Shown piece after piece: positions 38,153 to 52,400 of a DNA stretch of 64,000 bases. Origin of the DNA: Laetmonice hystrix (taxonomy: Eukaryota). The stretch covers positions 51,212,001-51,276,000 of the forward strand of contig OZ249436.1 in assembly GCA_965235115.1 (NCBI GenBank). The letters run 5' to 3'. A program made the translations under genes and the position numbers. Position 1 is the first letter of the stretch, and every line of letters starts with the position of its first letter. A model generated the notes under the pieces. That model was not told where the DNA came from and did no database searches. It saw only the letters and a list, made by a program, of their open reading frames with translations.

Positions 38153-38330
38153 GACGGTGTGGCGGAGTGGGTAGAGCGTTCGCTGACCAGTCCGGCGATC
38201 TGGGTTCGAATCCGGGAACAGGCAAGCTTTCGTGGTAAAACGACCCGGTTATCCAGAAAGAGTCGCGCGACTGGATATGGGGGCCCATGGGGTGTATGGA
38301 GTCCTAAGACATGGGACAAACCGGGGTAGT
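38153..38330 (+). mobile_element. tRNA-derived SINE (second family)
   Basis: A-box tggcggagtgg (38160-38170) and B-box gggttcgaatcc (38202-38213) at tRNA spacing. No acceptor-stem pairing, and a non-tRNA body follows. Confidence 0.65.
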
Positions 38331-41300
38331 TGTATATGGTATGTGATGTGGGCGGGGGTCAGTCAGGTATGACCTAGGAGGGGTGTATTTATGGCAGTGA
38401 CTACAATGGTCTATGGTGGGGTGTAACAGTATTTACTGAGGGGTTGTTGGAGGATAACGGGGTCAGTGGGACGCGCGAGGGGGCGGGAGGTTGAGGGGTG
38501 AAGGACAGGTAGGGTAGTAATCACCCTTGGGGTTACCCTCCCTTCATCCCCATCCACGTCTCTTGCCCTAGATTTAGTTAAATGTCTTGTTAGTGCAGGT
38601 CTCTCCCTAGGAAGACAGGGGGATCGAGCGTAGATTTTACCAGTACAGGAAAGTGTTTTCCCAATATCTTACGTGTCTACAGCAAAATAATGCAGTAGGC
38701 TACACAAGTTTTATGTAGCGTCGGTGTGGTCTGCCAAGGGTACTTAAGCCCTGACCTGTCAATGGGCAACATGGAATAAAGGCAAAGCACGTAAAGGCCA
38801 CCAAACTGGTTCTGATTACATTAATCAACATATTTTAAATTCTTGCTGAACTATTTGCCCCATCATTGTTTTTATGACATGACTGCCCGGGGCTTAATAT
38901 ACATCGTGCCAACCCATTTGTATAAACCCGCCCTAGAGAGGAACATGGGATCAGATAGAAGTTTTTAGCCGCCATGGTTACCAAATTTGTTCTGGTCACT
39001 TCCAACAGTCGTTTGGCACCTTTTTTTTTCTCGAGTTGATAATGTGCTCCTTACCGGTTACTACGGGACTTTGAAAACACCCTTTTAACGCCTAAGATCA
39101 ACACTTCAATGAGATCAAACGTAAAAGTCGAATTTAGGTTCCAGCACTCTTGCTGATAAGGATTCATTTTATCCAGACACAGTTATCTGATTTCAAACAA
39201 CCTGTTTGATATTCCGCTGGATCCAGATGTCTTGCCTGACCCAAACTTTCGTGCTAAGAGTCGACACCTAATGCCGACATGATGACGTGACAGTTTGCTG
39301 TTTCGTTTTCCGGCCTTATGTTGATGGGAGCACGTTTGTTGACGCCCAGGTACGGAGTGGACCGTGTCATGTGGTGGAGCACAGTCATTTGTCAGGTGTT
39401 GACCGTGGTTTGGCTGGGTCCCAGCCGTAGGTGATGGGAGGCTAATGTGGCCCAAAGGAACAAATTATTCGTAGCACATCAATTTCTTTTCGCCGCTCAA
39501 ATTTTGTTTCATAGCTACGAAGCGAAATTTGTCGGCTACGAATCAAACTCGCCAAGCCATGAAGCAAAACTCTCTAGTCAAAAGAGATTTATGTGTTCGA
39601 TGGATTTGTACTTTTGAGCCACAGTAGTACGGCGACTATGCCGGTGTGTGGAGGCTGTTTGCGAACAGCTCGGACAGCTGCCACGTGGGCCCGTCAAGCT
39701 GGCTGTCAGCCAGTCTGTCACCAGGTGTCTCTGTATACCGTGTCAGACACCACCCGGATAGTACGGCCACAAACGGGGCCTTTATTACAAAGAAGATTTT
39801 TACGATCATCTGCAGCATGATCGTTTCACCACAAAGTAAAGTGCCACGGTGAGGCGTGAGGTGGGTGAGAAAATGGCCGAACGGAAATTATAGGGGTGGG
39901 GGTGTTTCTGTAGTGAATTCAAACGATGGAGAAAGATTGGTGATGAATGTTTCTGTGTGTGGCCACTTTCTCAGGCATGTAGAATCATTGTAGCCAAACC
40001 ATACCCGAGACATTATGATTTACGGTAACAATAAGGGGAACTTGTGAGTAAAGTTTTATATCTACCACCTTGTAGTTACTGTATGTCATGAGATTTTTAC
40101 ATGTCGGGAATTTCTTTTGAAAAAATAGCGCGATGGATTAGAATGAAGGATAGAATGCCTTAAGACAGGTGAGAAAATAGGAAATTTATAATTGTCAAAC
40201 AAAAGCCAATGCAATATTTATCTCATTAAATTCGGTTGTCAAGCAGGAAAACAAAGGTGATCCACAACCAAATAAAAGTTTACCTTTTTATCACCTGTTT
40301 GAAATCCAGGAAATGGAAATGTTCTTTTTCTAGGTGACAAAAAAGACATTCGAGAAGCATGCGTTGTGTTACTAAGTCAATGAACTCATAATAAAACTAC
40401 CGTATTTCTCTCCCGGAACTCAGAACATCATGCAGGAAGAGTCGTTTCTAGGTCATGAGCTTGAAATGCTGCGTGAGAAGCTATGACAAGGAAGACATCT
40501 TAACCCAGCTATTTGACATGTTAAGTGAGCATCACAGGGCAGTAGATGGTGTGTAGATTCACACTTACCTTGGCATCGGGCCTTTACTTGTTTTACCGAC
40601 CCAAAGATTGATATCTGCTCATACAACATTTTTGGAACGACATCAAGTGAAGTTATGATGATTAATGAAAACATAAGCTGTCTGTAAGTCATCATATTTA
40701 CAGCGAAGAAACCCCTCTCCACACTCCAGATGTTATGTTTCCTCAAAAATGTTCCGATTTTTTTTTTAATTGTGCAAATCAGGTCTCCTATGCTTTGAAT
40801 AGCTGATACCAGAAAACAGTTCTTCCACGATGCACACAAATAATCTACTAGGTATATTATATACATTGTATGATAGGCCAACTGCAGAAGGCGTCCTAAC
40901 TGGATGTAAGTAAGGCATTTAACTATAACCTGGGGATGGTTGGTTACACATACTTGTACTTGATGTGTCTAACGCTGCCTCCAGTATCTCTGGCGCCTCT
41001 ACAGTATCCTGGCGTCTCTACCCATCAGACCAGTCTGGTATCTAAGACCTGTAGAAAGCCACCTGTCGGTCCATACTGGTAGATGGCCACACCCACGCAC
41101 AAGGCGTATTACCCGGATTGTGTCCACATGTAGACTATACAAAGGAACTTCACAAAATGATATTACGTGGCGGATTAATACAATTTTCTACTTAAGCCAT
41201 CCCAACATGAAGTAGTGAGACTGCTTGAAACATCCATTGTTTTATACCCGCGGTGTCAGTTTGTGCTACTCCCCGGGTATCTTTTGGTGTGTTTTTAGGT

Positions 41301-41864
41301 CAGTGGTAGTATCTGCCAATGGTTGGAGATGTGAGAATGTGTTGAGTGTAATCTGCTATACCAGTATGCCTCACAAACAGGGCCTCAATGTACTGTCGGC
41401 TCTACAACATTGGGCGCTGGGGAGTGAAGTCGTTAAACTCAAATAGTGACAGAGTGGAATATTTAGAATGTCATCGACTGGCATGTATCACGGAATCCCG
41501 AAGTTATCTAACTTTATTAATGTAAACGTCAGACCAACGAGACTAGTCTCGTTGGTCAGACAAAGGTCCGGGAAGGCAGCTATTTGTGACATATTAGATC
41601 AAATGTGTAGACGGTTTGTTTATCAGTAACTTCAGATAGATTCTCTACATGTGGGCTGGAATTTGTTCCCACCCACGATTGAAAACCAAGATTTTCACGT
41701 CCCTACCTCGGGTTTCGGCAGTTAGTGGGAAAATCGCAAAATGTAGAGCTGTAAATAGAGTGGTCAAAAGGACGTGGCGACCTATTAGGACGAAAATTCC
41801 TCCGAATAGTAAATTTATAAATGTATAATTAGCTGTGAAGTTAAGAACAATTCACCAAGTAACC

Positions 41865-42483
41865 CTCTGTTCACCGGAACGATACACTAAGCGCCTGCTA
41901 TCCGAAACCCACGCCCTCTCTTCACCGGTCAGATACACTAATTAAGCGCCTGTTGACCTAAACCCACACCCTCTGCTCACCGGACAGAGACACTAACGCC
42001 TGTTGTTCTAAACCCACACCCTCTGCTCACCGGACAGAGACACTAACGCCTGTTGTTCTAAACCCACACCCTCTGTTCACTGGACAGGTACACTAAGCGC
42101 CTGTTGTCATAGACCCACACTCTCTGTTCACCAGATAGATACACTAAGCGCCTGACACCCTGTGTTCACCGGACGGATACACTAAGCGTCTGTTGTCCTC
42201 AACCCACACTCTCTGCTCACTGGACAGATACACTAAGCGCCTGGCACCCTTTGTTCACCGGACAGATACACTATAGGCGCCTGTTGTCCTAAACCCACAC
42301 CCTCTGTTCACCAGACAGATACACTAAGCGCCTGCTGTCCTAAACCCACACCCTCTGTTCACCGGACAGATACACTAAGCGCCTGCTGTCCTAAACCCAC
42401 ACCCTCTGTTCACCGGACAGATACACTAAGCGCCTGTTGTTCTAAACCCACACCCTCTGTTCACCGGACAGATACACTAAGCT
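41865..42483. repeat. Minisatellite, about 51-bp unit (aagcgcctgttgtcctaaacccacaccctctgttcaccggacagatacact), about 13 copies
   Basis: Directly visible; some units carry internal deletions. Confidence 0.93.
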
Positions 42484-43465
42484 CCGTCGATCAGTGCATG
42501 CAGTGAGCACCTTCACTCTCAGAGTGAGGCTGTGTTCTCTGTATCGCTTGTAGACTGGTTAGACGGCTCTGAACAGGACATCAGAATCAGACGTATTCCC
42601 TGATCTCACCAGGATGTGGCTGTATAGACCAGTATATCAAACACGGTCCAGGCACTGTCGTATACCGTTCTCGTTGAAAGGGGACTGACTCATAACATTG
42701 ACCGATGAAAGATGAAGACGTGCCTTGACATGCATGCTTGCGGTCCCCTCAGCACTGTGTGTCAACTGCTCACACATACCTGAGGGGATAGCCGAGTCGT
42801 GAGCCATCATCTTGTGAATGCAGAATATAACTGACCGGGTCCCTTGGTTGAGCTTCAGTCGAAATGTACTACAAGCTTAAACACGAAATTACGACTTAAA
42901 AAAGCTCAACCAAGAAACCAGGCACTGAACTTCTGATACCAGGCACTGTTCAGTGGTCAGCACACTGCCTCCTGAAGACTTTAGACTGACAAACACATTT
43001 AGTTTGCAATACGTGTAGTTGTCTTGAAACTTGTCATAGGGTCATTAGGGGCGACTTGGGCCTACGGTATTGCATAATTTGCAGTAAACAGTTCGGTGAT
43101 ATACAGTGGGGCCCGACTTTGTTAATGTGAGGTGTTATAAGGAGCAAGTGTTAAAGTGCTCACCGTGGGGCGGGAGGTGCGACTCGCACGGATTAGTGAG
43201 TGTTTTGACGGTTAGTTTGGCATGTTTGGTCAGGGGAATCGTCCAATATGACGGATATTTCAAGCAAATTGACTGAAAACAATAACTGTTGGTTTCATGC
43301 TAATTAGCGTCGGATCTTCAGGTTGTCAGATTGTCCAGTGTCGGACTAATTAGGTTCGACTGTAGTTGCAGGTTTTGCGGGAGGGGTGTGGATGTAACAG
43401 GCTGTATACGAAGCCCTTCCCTATATATTGATGTACATGTTCAGCCGTCGCAGCGCGCCGTGAGA

Positions 43466-46400
43466 CAGAATGACGACCCTGTCGATGGGCCAGCTTGGAG
43501 AACTGTCCGGGGTACATAAATCAGTCAGATGGACAGTTGGTGGGCATTGTTTGCATTGTCTCAGCACACAAGGACCAGCAGGAGATGGCCACAGGTATGA
43601 GTGCTGATAGATCACATGTACTTTCAGGTATTCAGAAGGTCCTTGTACGTGTAGGGTTTCACAAGTACCAGGCCTGTAGGTACTGAGGGTACTTTTACAG
43701 GTAATATTCACAGAATACAGGTTGCTAGTCACTGCCCCCTGTGACTCATCAACCATTTCGGAACCTGCTACAGGGGCGGATTTAGGATCTTGAAACGGGG
43801 TAGGGGTCCGACATAGGAATTTAGCAAAGGAGGGTCCGAAACCACAGGGAATTTGAACGAAAAAGGTGGGTCCGGCAGGTTCAAGTCGGAAAGCTCTACT
43901 TTAAAGAAGAGAAGAGAAACCCTTGAAAGAGGGGCAGAATCCCTAGCCTCCACCCCGCCCCGTCACCACAACTACCAGTGCATATAGCAAGGGTTCGTTC
44001 TGCTGGTCAGCCAGTATCTATCTGTCTCCATCGTCCTGATCGCCAGCTGGGCGTTCAGTTTCCGCCAGCTGCCGGTCTCTCAGCCGACCACGTGTGACCA
44101 GCAGGACGTGTAAGTAATGGTTTTCATATATAGATGCCATCTTCTCGCACTTAGGCAGGGCCTGTTCCTTGAAGTTCAAGTCTTGATCGTCTCCATATCA
44201 AAGTGAGCACGTGAACACGCGGAATAAAATCTCACAAACGTCACCCCTATCGGAATATCGGGTCAGAAACCCATACACCGCTATGATTATTCTGTCCGTA
44301 AAGATCGTTTACGTGAAATGGTTTCTAGGTAGACTGCAGGTGCGGAGGTGGGAGTAGAGGGAAGTCGTTGCACAATCCTATAGGTACGTGGGCAGGTGTG
44401 TGTCTACGGTGGAGGTGACCTGACGATGACATTGCTTACCCGTTTACAGCACATCAAGGTTGTTCGTTCTATACAAAAATAAACTAATAAATCAGACGAG
44501 ACATCTCTATCCATAGAGTACATTGGTTCTGGTGAGATGGGACCGGGAGTATAGGATGTGTAGGGATGACACAGCATTATCAAGATTAAGAAGGCTATGG
44601 TCATTAACCCTTTATATAAATTGAAATTGGTCAATTTTGAAAAGTCTGACTTACCCCTTATTTACCTTTTTAAGGCACTCTCGTATATATACAGGCTTAA
44701 GGTACAGCCTTAATCATTGCTGATTTAAAACTACCTGAGGTTGTGTTTGCCAGTGCCATGCACCAACCCCTATTCTATAAAGAAAATAATCGCCTAGAGT
44801 AATAGCTACTCTTGAAGCGCTCATTAATCTGACATTTTTCAATCCTTTCAATCCAGCGACCTGAATTTATTTTTATTATTTTATGTTTTCTTTCTTTGCT
44901 TTCCCTGGATCTTCCATATAGCACATCCTTTCTCAAACGTTACTTTTTAAGACCGCCCTAGTATAGCAGATATTGCTTTACATAAATGAAGTCCTGAGGG
45001 TTACCTGGGGCTGGAATTCCTCAGTGCATGACGTCATCCCTGGCAGTCACGTTTTGGTTATTTTGGTCGCGGGGTGGGGAGAAGGCATGAGTTATTTAGA
45101 TATAGGGACAGGGAGATTCAGATATTCAGGACGGAGCTACAGGGCAAATATTATCTTTGTCAATTCGTAAACTAAGTCTGGGTGGGTGGGTTGGGAGGTG
45201 GGGGTGTCGGAGGGGGCGGGTTTGCTCCTTTGCCCCGTAGTTCAATGAATTCTACTTTGGGCGAACCCAAACAATGAATTCACAGCAGCCCGACAAATAG
45301 TCGCTGTGAAGGTGGCCATAGTAAGGCGTGAGCGAGGAACCCGTAAAGTAACGATTGGACAATATATTACCGTTGGAAGCGTATCAGAACCCAATTTGCT
45401 TATTCATGGTCATGGCAGGCCGATTTAAACAGCTAGATCCTGAAGTACGCCATCCATGTCGCCGGGCTAACCGTCGCTGGGGTCTGGTTCAGGGGGCATA
45501 CCGTCCCAGGGGCCAGTTGCATGACTGTCCGTTCGTTAATTTCCCCATGTATTTTCAATGGGAATTTTAACGAACGGACCGTCATACAACTGGCCCAAGT
45601 TGCATGACTGTCCGTTCGTTAATTTCCCCGTGTATTTTCAATGGGAATTTTAACGAACGGACCGTCATACAACTGGCCCAAGTTGGATGACTGTCCGTTC
45701 GTTAATTTCCCCATGTATTTTCAATGGGAATTTTAACGAACGGACCGTCATACAACTGGCCCAAGTTGCATGACTGTCCGTTCGTTAATTTCCCCATGTA
45801 TTTTCAATGAGAATTTTAGCGAACGGACCGTCATGCAACTGGCCCCAGGGGGGTGGCCGTCCCCGTTGTCAGGTTTGGGTTGATGACCTGAGGTCTGGTC
45901 GGTCTGATCGACCCTCGGCTAGGCATCAGAGGAATTGTAACCGTCCCCTCGAGTCAGGTCCATGGGGCATACCGTCCCCGGGGGTCAGGTCCAGGGGACT
46001 GACCGTCCCCGGGGGTCAGGTCCATAGGGCATACCGTCCCCCGGGGTTAGGTCCAGGGGGGTCTGACCGTCCCTCGAGTCAGGTCCATGGGGCCCGTCCC
46101 CGTCCAGGGGATCTGACCGTCCCTCGAGTCAGGCCCATGGGGCATACCTTCCCCGGGGTCAGGTCCATGGGGCCCGTCCCCGTCCAGGGGATCTGACCGT
46201 CCCACGAGTCAGGCCCATGGGGCATACCTTCCCCGGGGTCAGGCCCATGGGGCCCGTCCCCGTCCAGGGGATCTGACCGTCCCACGAGTCAGTCCATAGG
46301 GCATACCGTCTCCGGGCCCGGGGTCAGGTCCAGGGGGTCTGACCGTCCCACGAGTCAGGTCCATGGGGCCCGTCCCCGTCCAGGGGGTCTGACCGTCCCA

Positions 46401-49400
46401 CGAGTCAGGTCCATAGGGCACACCGTCCCCGGGGTCAGGTCCATAGGGCATACCGTCCCCCGGGGTCAGGTCCAGGGGGTCTGACCGTCCCTCGAGTCAG
46501 GCCCATTGGGCCCGTACCCGTCCAGGGGGCTGACCGTCCCACGAGTCAGGTCCATAGGGCATACCGTCCCCCGGGATCAGGTCCAGGGGGTCTAACCGTC
46601 CCACGAGTCAGGCCCATGGGGCATACCTTCCCCGGGGTCAGGCCCAGGGGGCTGACCATCCCACGAGTCAGGTCCATAGGGCATACCGTCCCCCGGGGTC
46701 AGGTCCAGGGGGTCTGACCGAATTGGCGCGGTGACAACTGCTGCTCATGTCCTGTCCACCCGATCTCAGGGCTCCCCGAGAAAGATTGTAGGGGGCCAAG
46801 ATATGGTGGTGGAAGGCGGAACGGTTTCCCAGACTATCAAAGGAAACACTGTCTCTGTCTCAGGTGACATTCATGTTCTGAGGCAGTCACCAGTCTTTGA
46901 CCTGGCGCCCTTGAAGTCAATGGTCAGTTGGACTCCGGCTCACCGAAAGTTCTTGGTTTCTGATGGCGAGTGTTGTACATGTAGTTTATAAAAAAGAAGT
47001 CAGAATGATGTACCCACACAAAAAACCGTCCTTGACCATCAGATCGCTGACCACCGACCAGTCACCAAAACGAGACAGTCTCATTTAGACCCACTTTGAC
47101 CACTGACTGGGGACAATAGTGCCCAACCAGAGGTCATCAACTTGAACAGGACTGAAGGCACTTGACCTTGTGTCAAGTACAGGGGTCAAAGATCCGGAAT
47201 CTTTCTCACGTGACTACATTATGTATTGGGCGAAATGCAGACCACGACATTTGTGGTTTGCCAAACATTCCCGTAAACATAATTATAAGCATATCCAGAG
47301 AAAAAGTTCTTGGAAGCAGTCTGGTAGAAGTGATGTATGTATTTGTAACGTTGACAGAAACGTATTAATCGCGGCTATCCAGGATGATGTTGCTTACACT
47401 ATGATGCATCAGCCTCTGGCGCCAAAGGTTTGTTTGAGAAATGACCCTTCAGCCCTTCTCGAAACGGAATCTGCGTATTGGTGATAAGATGCCAGTCAAT
47501 GGAAAATGAGGGCGACCGTTATTAAAGAGCGTTTTTTCTCCTGGATTGAATCGATGCCGTTTGACAGATAGTGTCTGTCAGTCACATTCCCTCTGTCAGC
47601 AGCTGTCAGTTGTCGGGGAGCACGGCCGAGCGGAGGGCCCCCAGAAGGAGGATGGCCGATAGGGGGCAGGTCGAGCGACCACATGTGGCGGGCCTCTCCA
47701 AGCGTCCGTATTCTTGACATAGTGGACATGCTCAGGATCCACCGGTGACATCAGGGGTGACCGTGTGGCAGCATGCGCTCGCATACCGCGAAAAATACTA
47801 CCGACTGACAGCTTGGCTATGATCAGGAAATGTTGAGGTGATGAGCCGCTTAGATCCGTTATTGATGGCAGGCATGTAGTACGGAAAGGGCATGGAAAAT
47901 TGGAACGATTGCCCTAACTAGGAGAGGGAAAAAACCCGTGAGGTTTAGAATGGAGACCAATGACTGGTGAGGGTTATATTTTTGCAAATGCCGATTAATG
48001 TGGAAAGGAGGTGTTGTGTGCAAGGACGATCTTGGCTTATGTGGTCAAAATATTTAAATGCACCCCAAGATATGTTTGTAAAAAAACTATAAAGTCCATT
48101 TACAGGCCCGTCACCAGGATTTTCTTTGTTGGAGCATGGTTAGTCTGGAGAAAAGACTACGTCTGGCTTTAAAGTGCACAGTTTGAAGTTATTAAAGGGA
48201 AGTTTGTGTATTTGAAGCTTGAAATGTATTGGAAGCAACTACTTATCGCCTCACCATTCAATCCCCTGAGCACTCTGTGTATGATTGGATATATTTTTAG
48301 CCACTTTCCTACAAGTAGCTAGATACCGTCCCTGTCGGCTCCCATACACACCTGCCCTAATGTAGCATACTAAGGACCACTGATTGAAACTGTAATCCAT
48401 TGATAGAAATATACAGGTAGAACATGTATGTGCTTACAGAAAGAACCTAGTGATTATGTTAATTTCGATCTTCTTTTTTTTGGAGGGGGGGGGGCGGTAA
48501 GTAAACTGTTCCTGGTATATTGGAGAGCAAATGAAACCTGTTTCACAAACTGAGAATATTTCTAATATTACATGAACAGTGTAAGATTGAATCTAACTGA
48601 ATTGAGAATTACCAGGTATAATAGCGATGATAAATTTCGCAGCTGGCAAAAACTGTGATTGACAGTGATAATGTATTGCGATTATGGGAAAGACCATTTA
48701 CCCGGTAATTCTGCTTATGTATAGCAGAAAGTCCCGGCCCTGTTTTGTTATTATTAAACTAACTGATTCAGCCTCAGGTTGCCCCTACTGTTTGTTGTAG
48801 AGGTATCATCCCGCTAGTCCCCCGCCCGCTAGCCCCCCGTTTAGACAGGACCGAAGGTGTGAGAAATCTGTGCCGCTAGCCCCCCGCTCGGCTGTTCCAC
48901 TATCAGACACTACCCCCTTATGAGATTTGGGGTGGTCAGCGGTCAGGGATGGTAAGGGCAAAGAACTTGCATTGTAATGTATAGTTCTTTGTTAAGGGAT
49001 AACTAAAAGGCAAGCGACAAATAATTAGGGGGTGTTACTAGATATATAAATGACTGATTACGGGTGTTACGGGACTGAATCTGTATTATGGTGTTAGTTA
49101 GAACATAGACGTAGTCTATGGTTAGAATCACAGTTATACACTCAACCACTGCCTTACTTAGTACCAGTAGTATTGTCCATCATTTGGCCAACCGCCTTCA
49201 TATAGGACGCCATCATTCTGTGGCATATCATAGTCTAAGCCTAACTGGTGCAGTCGGGAGTCAATACTTTTTCTTTCTTTTGGGGGCTGGCTGACTTGCC
49301 TGCATCGGCAGCATATGAGCCGCCAAGTCCCGCCGTTGACCCCCCCCCCCCCCCAACTCCGTCCACGCCTCAGTGGTGTGTGTGTGTGGGGGGGGGGGTA

Positions 49401-52400
49401 GTGTCAGGGAGTGGAACAGCCGAGCGGGGGGCTACCGGCACAGATTTCTCACACCTTCGGCCTTGTCTAAACGGGGGGCTAGCGGGCGGAGGGCTAGCGG
49501 GGGTAATCCGTTGTAGAGTGGGGCCCTGGTGATGTATTAGAACACAATCAGGACAGAGTGGTAACACTCTAGGGGAGAACCCATATAGAACTTCATTATC
49601 CACTCCACCTACACGTCCTATCCAATCAACACTCTCCAATCAACAGTCAAACAGAGTTATGGTCACTTGTACGGTCACATTATTCAATGGAGAGAGGTTT
49701 CTGTCTGGAACCAATCATTTGTTTCAGGTTTATGATAATAAAGAGTGGATAATTGAATTAGATTAGGGCATGCGGATAAGGCAATTCAGATTCGTTGTCC
49801 TAGCTCTGAGAAACAGAACGAAACGTTTAGAGCGACATGTAAACGAATCCCAGGTAATACAGGTCATGTAGACTGGTGAAGTAATGAGGACTCGGTCCTG
49901 AATTAGGACCTCACTTATAGCACTGTTATCTCAGAGCCCCTGCTGGTGCTAATTCAGGTATTACCCAGAATCCCACACACTCGCCAACCTTTGGCGTTTG
50001 GTGCGGGTAGGCCCTACACATGCATGTGACTCATACAATTCATAGAGGAGAAACACGTTCTGATTACTTATATCCCTGACAAATTATATGATTCATCATC
50101 CAGTCCAATGTATACCTATTGGTGTCACTTGACAATGGGGATGTAAATTTTTTTATGGTTTCCCTCCTTATCTGTGTCACCATGATTGACAGCGGTGAGC
50201 CTGTCAATATAAAATGGAAGCATAAATCCTGTTTCGATACGTCTAGGATACATCCTTTAAATTACCGTTATTCAAAATGTATTTTAATATGTGAGAGAAT
50301 CATAATTATTATCATTCTGCAATGTATGATCCATTAAATTTTCTCTCGAGGAAAAAGAACCACGATCGTGATGGACTCGTTACCAGGTCATCCAGATTCA
50401 CAAAGATCTGTTCACCATCACCAGTACCAACCTTACACGGTACAGATTCTCCATGGCTAGCGTATGTCTTCTCTCTGATCAGTTTGACACGGACAACGAC
50501 TGGGATATAGGCCAGGCTTTTAATTAAACAGTCAAGTGTGTAATAACGTTACCTTAACATAGTACCAGCGTACATCGAAATTTGGCAAGGGTGCGCCACG
50601 CATTTCTTTGAATACAATGTGGCCTTTTTGGGAAAGTCGTTTTAAATTCCTTGTCGCCGGTTTTCAGGAAGCTGCTATGTTGAATATTTTGCATTTCTGC
50701 CATTTTTTTGGTTGTCGTTCGATACGAAGCATACATACTTTACATACCATTACCGTAAAGTGTAGTAAACAGAAAATAGGATTTTTGGTTCTTACTTCAC
50801 CGGCTGATATTCAAATTAGTACACTCCGATGTTCATTAAGATATTAGCGTTGTAACAACCCCACAACGTGCCTAACACTCGACATAATTCACGAGTTACA
50901 ATGTACATGAATTATGATCCTGATAATATAACAATGTGATTCAGTGTATTCACAAGGAGACTGGAGGATGATTTGTGTAAAGTCTAATCCCTATACAAGA
51001 TGCTTCCGCGTCTGCGGTCACCGCTAACTTACCAGCAACAGCCGGACCTGGCTGGTCCCTTGGCGGGCAGCTGTAAGTTCAGCTATACAAAAACCATCGC
51101 CAACACTTCACACTCAACATGTGTCGTGACAATGGTCTGAAGATGGTCTGCATGTAAGGCAGCGCCTTCAGAGTCTTTGTGAACCGGACTCGATCTACAA
51201 AGCCTGTTCTCGTCATTTGAGAGCGGTTCTTGGCTCAGTCTACAATGCAGTAATACGAACCTTACACACCAGAAAAAGACTTCCCCCAGCTGCAGGCCGC
51301 AGTTTCCTCTCACTTTCATGTCAGTCTATGTCCCACCTGGTAGTAGTACCAGAAAACCGCATGCACGGTAAGAAACACGAAAACACACACAACGATTCAT
51401 GAAAGCAACAATAAACATTTGCCAGCAGTTGTAAATACCGGTTGGGAAGTTTAAACTATTAGGTTCTGTGTCAATACTGCGGACTTCGTTTAACCGAACA
51501 GCTCAGTGTCCATTAAAATCTGTTCGGATTATGTGCGGACTGCTGAATCATTTTAAAAAGAGAATGGGAGAAGAAGTGAGCGGAACGTTTGTTATAGGAT
51601 TGTGAGTTGTTACGGAATAACGAATCACGGATTACCGAGGTGTAACTGTATAAGGAAAGAAGCGGTCAGTAATGACGTAATTAGTAATTATCTCTGTATA
51701 GTCATGCCGGCTCCGGTTCTACAGGATCGAGGTTGTCAGTCAACCATTCGGTGGTTGACATGCTTCCTTCACACAGTGTCGGCCTTGACTGCCAGGGTGG
51801 GTCTGGCAGCTGTCAGATTGGCTGGCACTGCAACCGCCCCCCCCCCCCCCCCCCGCAGTCATCCTTGTTTGTGTCGACATGGCAGGCTAGGGTTCCGCCA
51901 GACTGCCTCTCTTCCTATAATAGTAGAGGCCCTTCCTCCGGACTGTATACAAAACCAAGCTGTCCCCTCCACACAAAGTTTACCCCCCCCCCCCCAACCC
52001 ACGCTTCACACACTTGACCTTGCTATCCTGAGAGAAAGTAGTTACGTGGTCATATTGTTTAGTTTGGCTCTATTTTGACCAAAATTTAATTTAAGTAACA
52101 GATTCTCCGGTAAAGATGATCCTAGGACTGCGGGAACTTTCAAATAGACAGAGGGAGGAGGGAAAACTAAAAGAATGTAATTCACTGCTTGCATGTGTTA
52201 TACCAGTGACAGATTCTCAGGTAAAGATGATCCTAGGACTGCGGGAACTTTCAAATAGACAGAGGGAGGAGGGAAAACTAAACGAATGTAATTCACTGCT
52301 TGCATGTGTTATACCAGTGACAGATTCTCAGGTAAAGATGATCCTAGGACTGCGGGAACTTTCAAATAGACAGAGGGAGGAGGGAAAACTAAAAGAATGT

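Noticed and set aside
39627-39852. Exon-like stretch YGDYAGVWRLFANSSDSCHVGPSSW... with a gtgagg donor
   Set aside because: It cannot be joined in frame to neighbouring candidate exons and has no recognisable motif.
42490-42605. BACK-domain-like EHLHSQSEAVFSVSLVDWLDG
   Set aside because: Short, followed by a stop, with no convincing splice sites or BTB exon.
46731-46991. KIVGG suggesting a trypsin-like protease activation site
   Set aside because: No downstream PWQ or CGG motifs and no catalytic His/Asp/Ser context.
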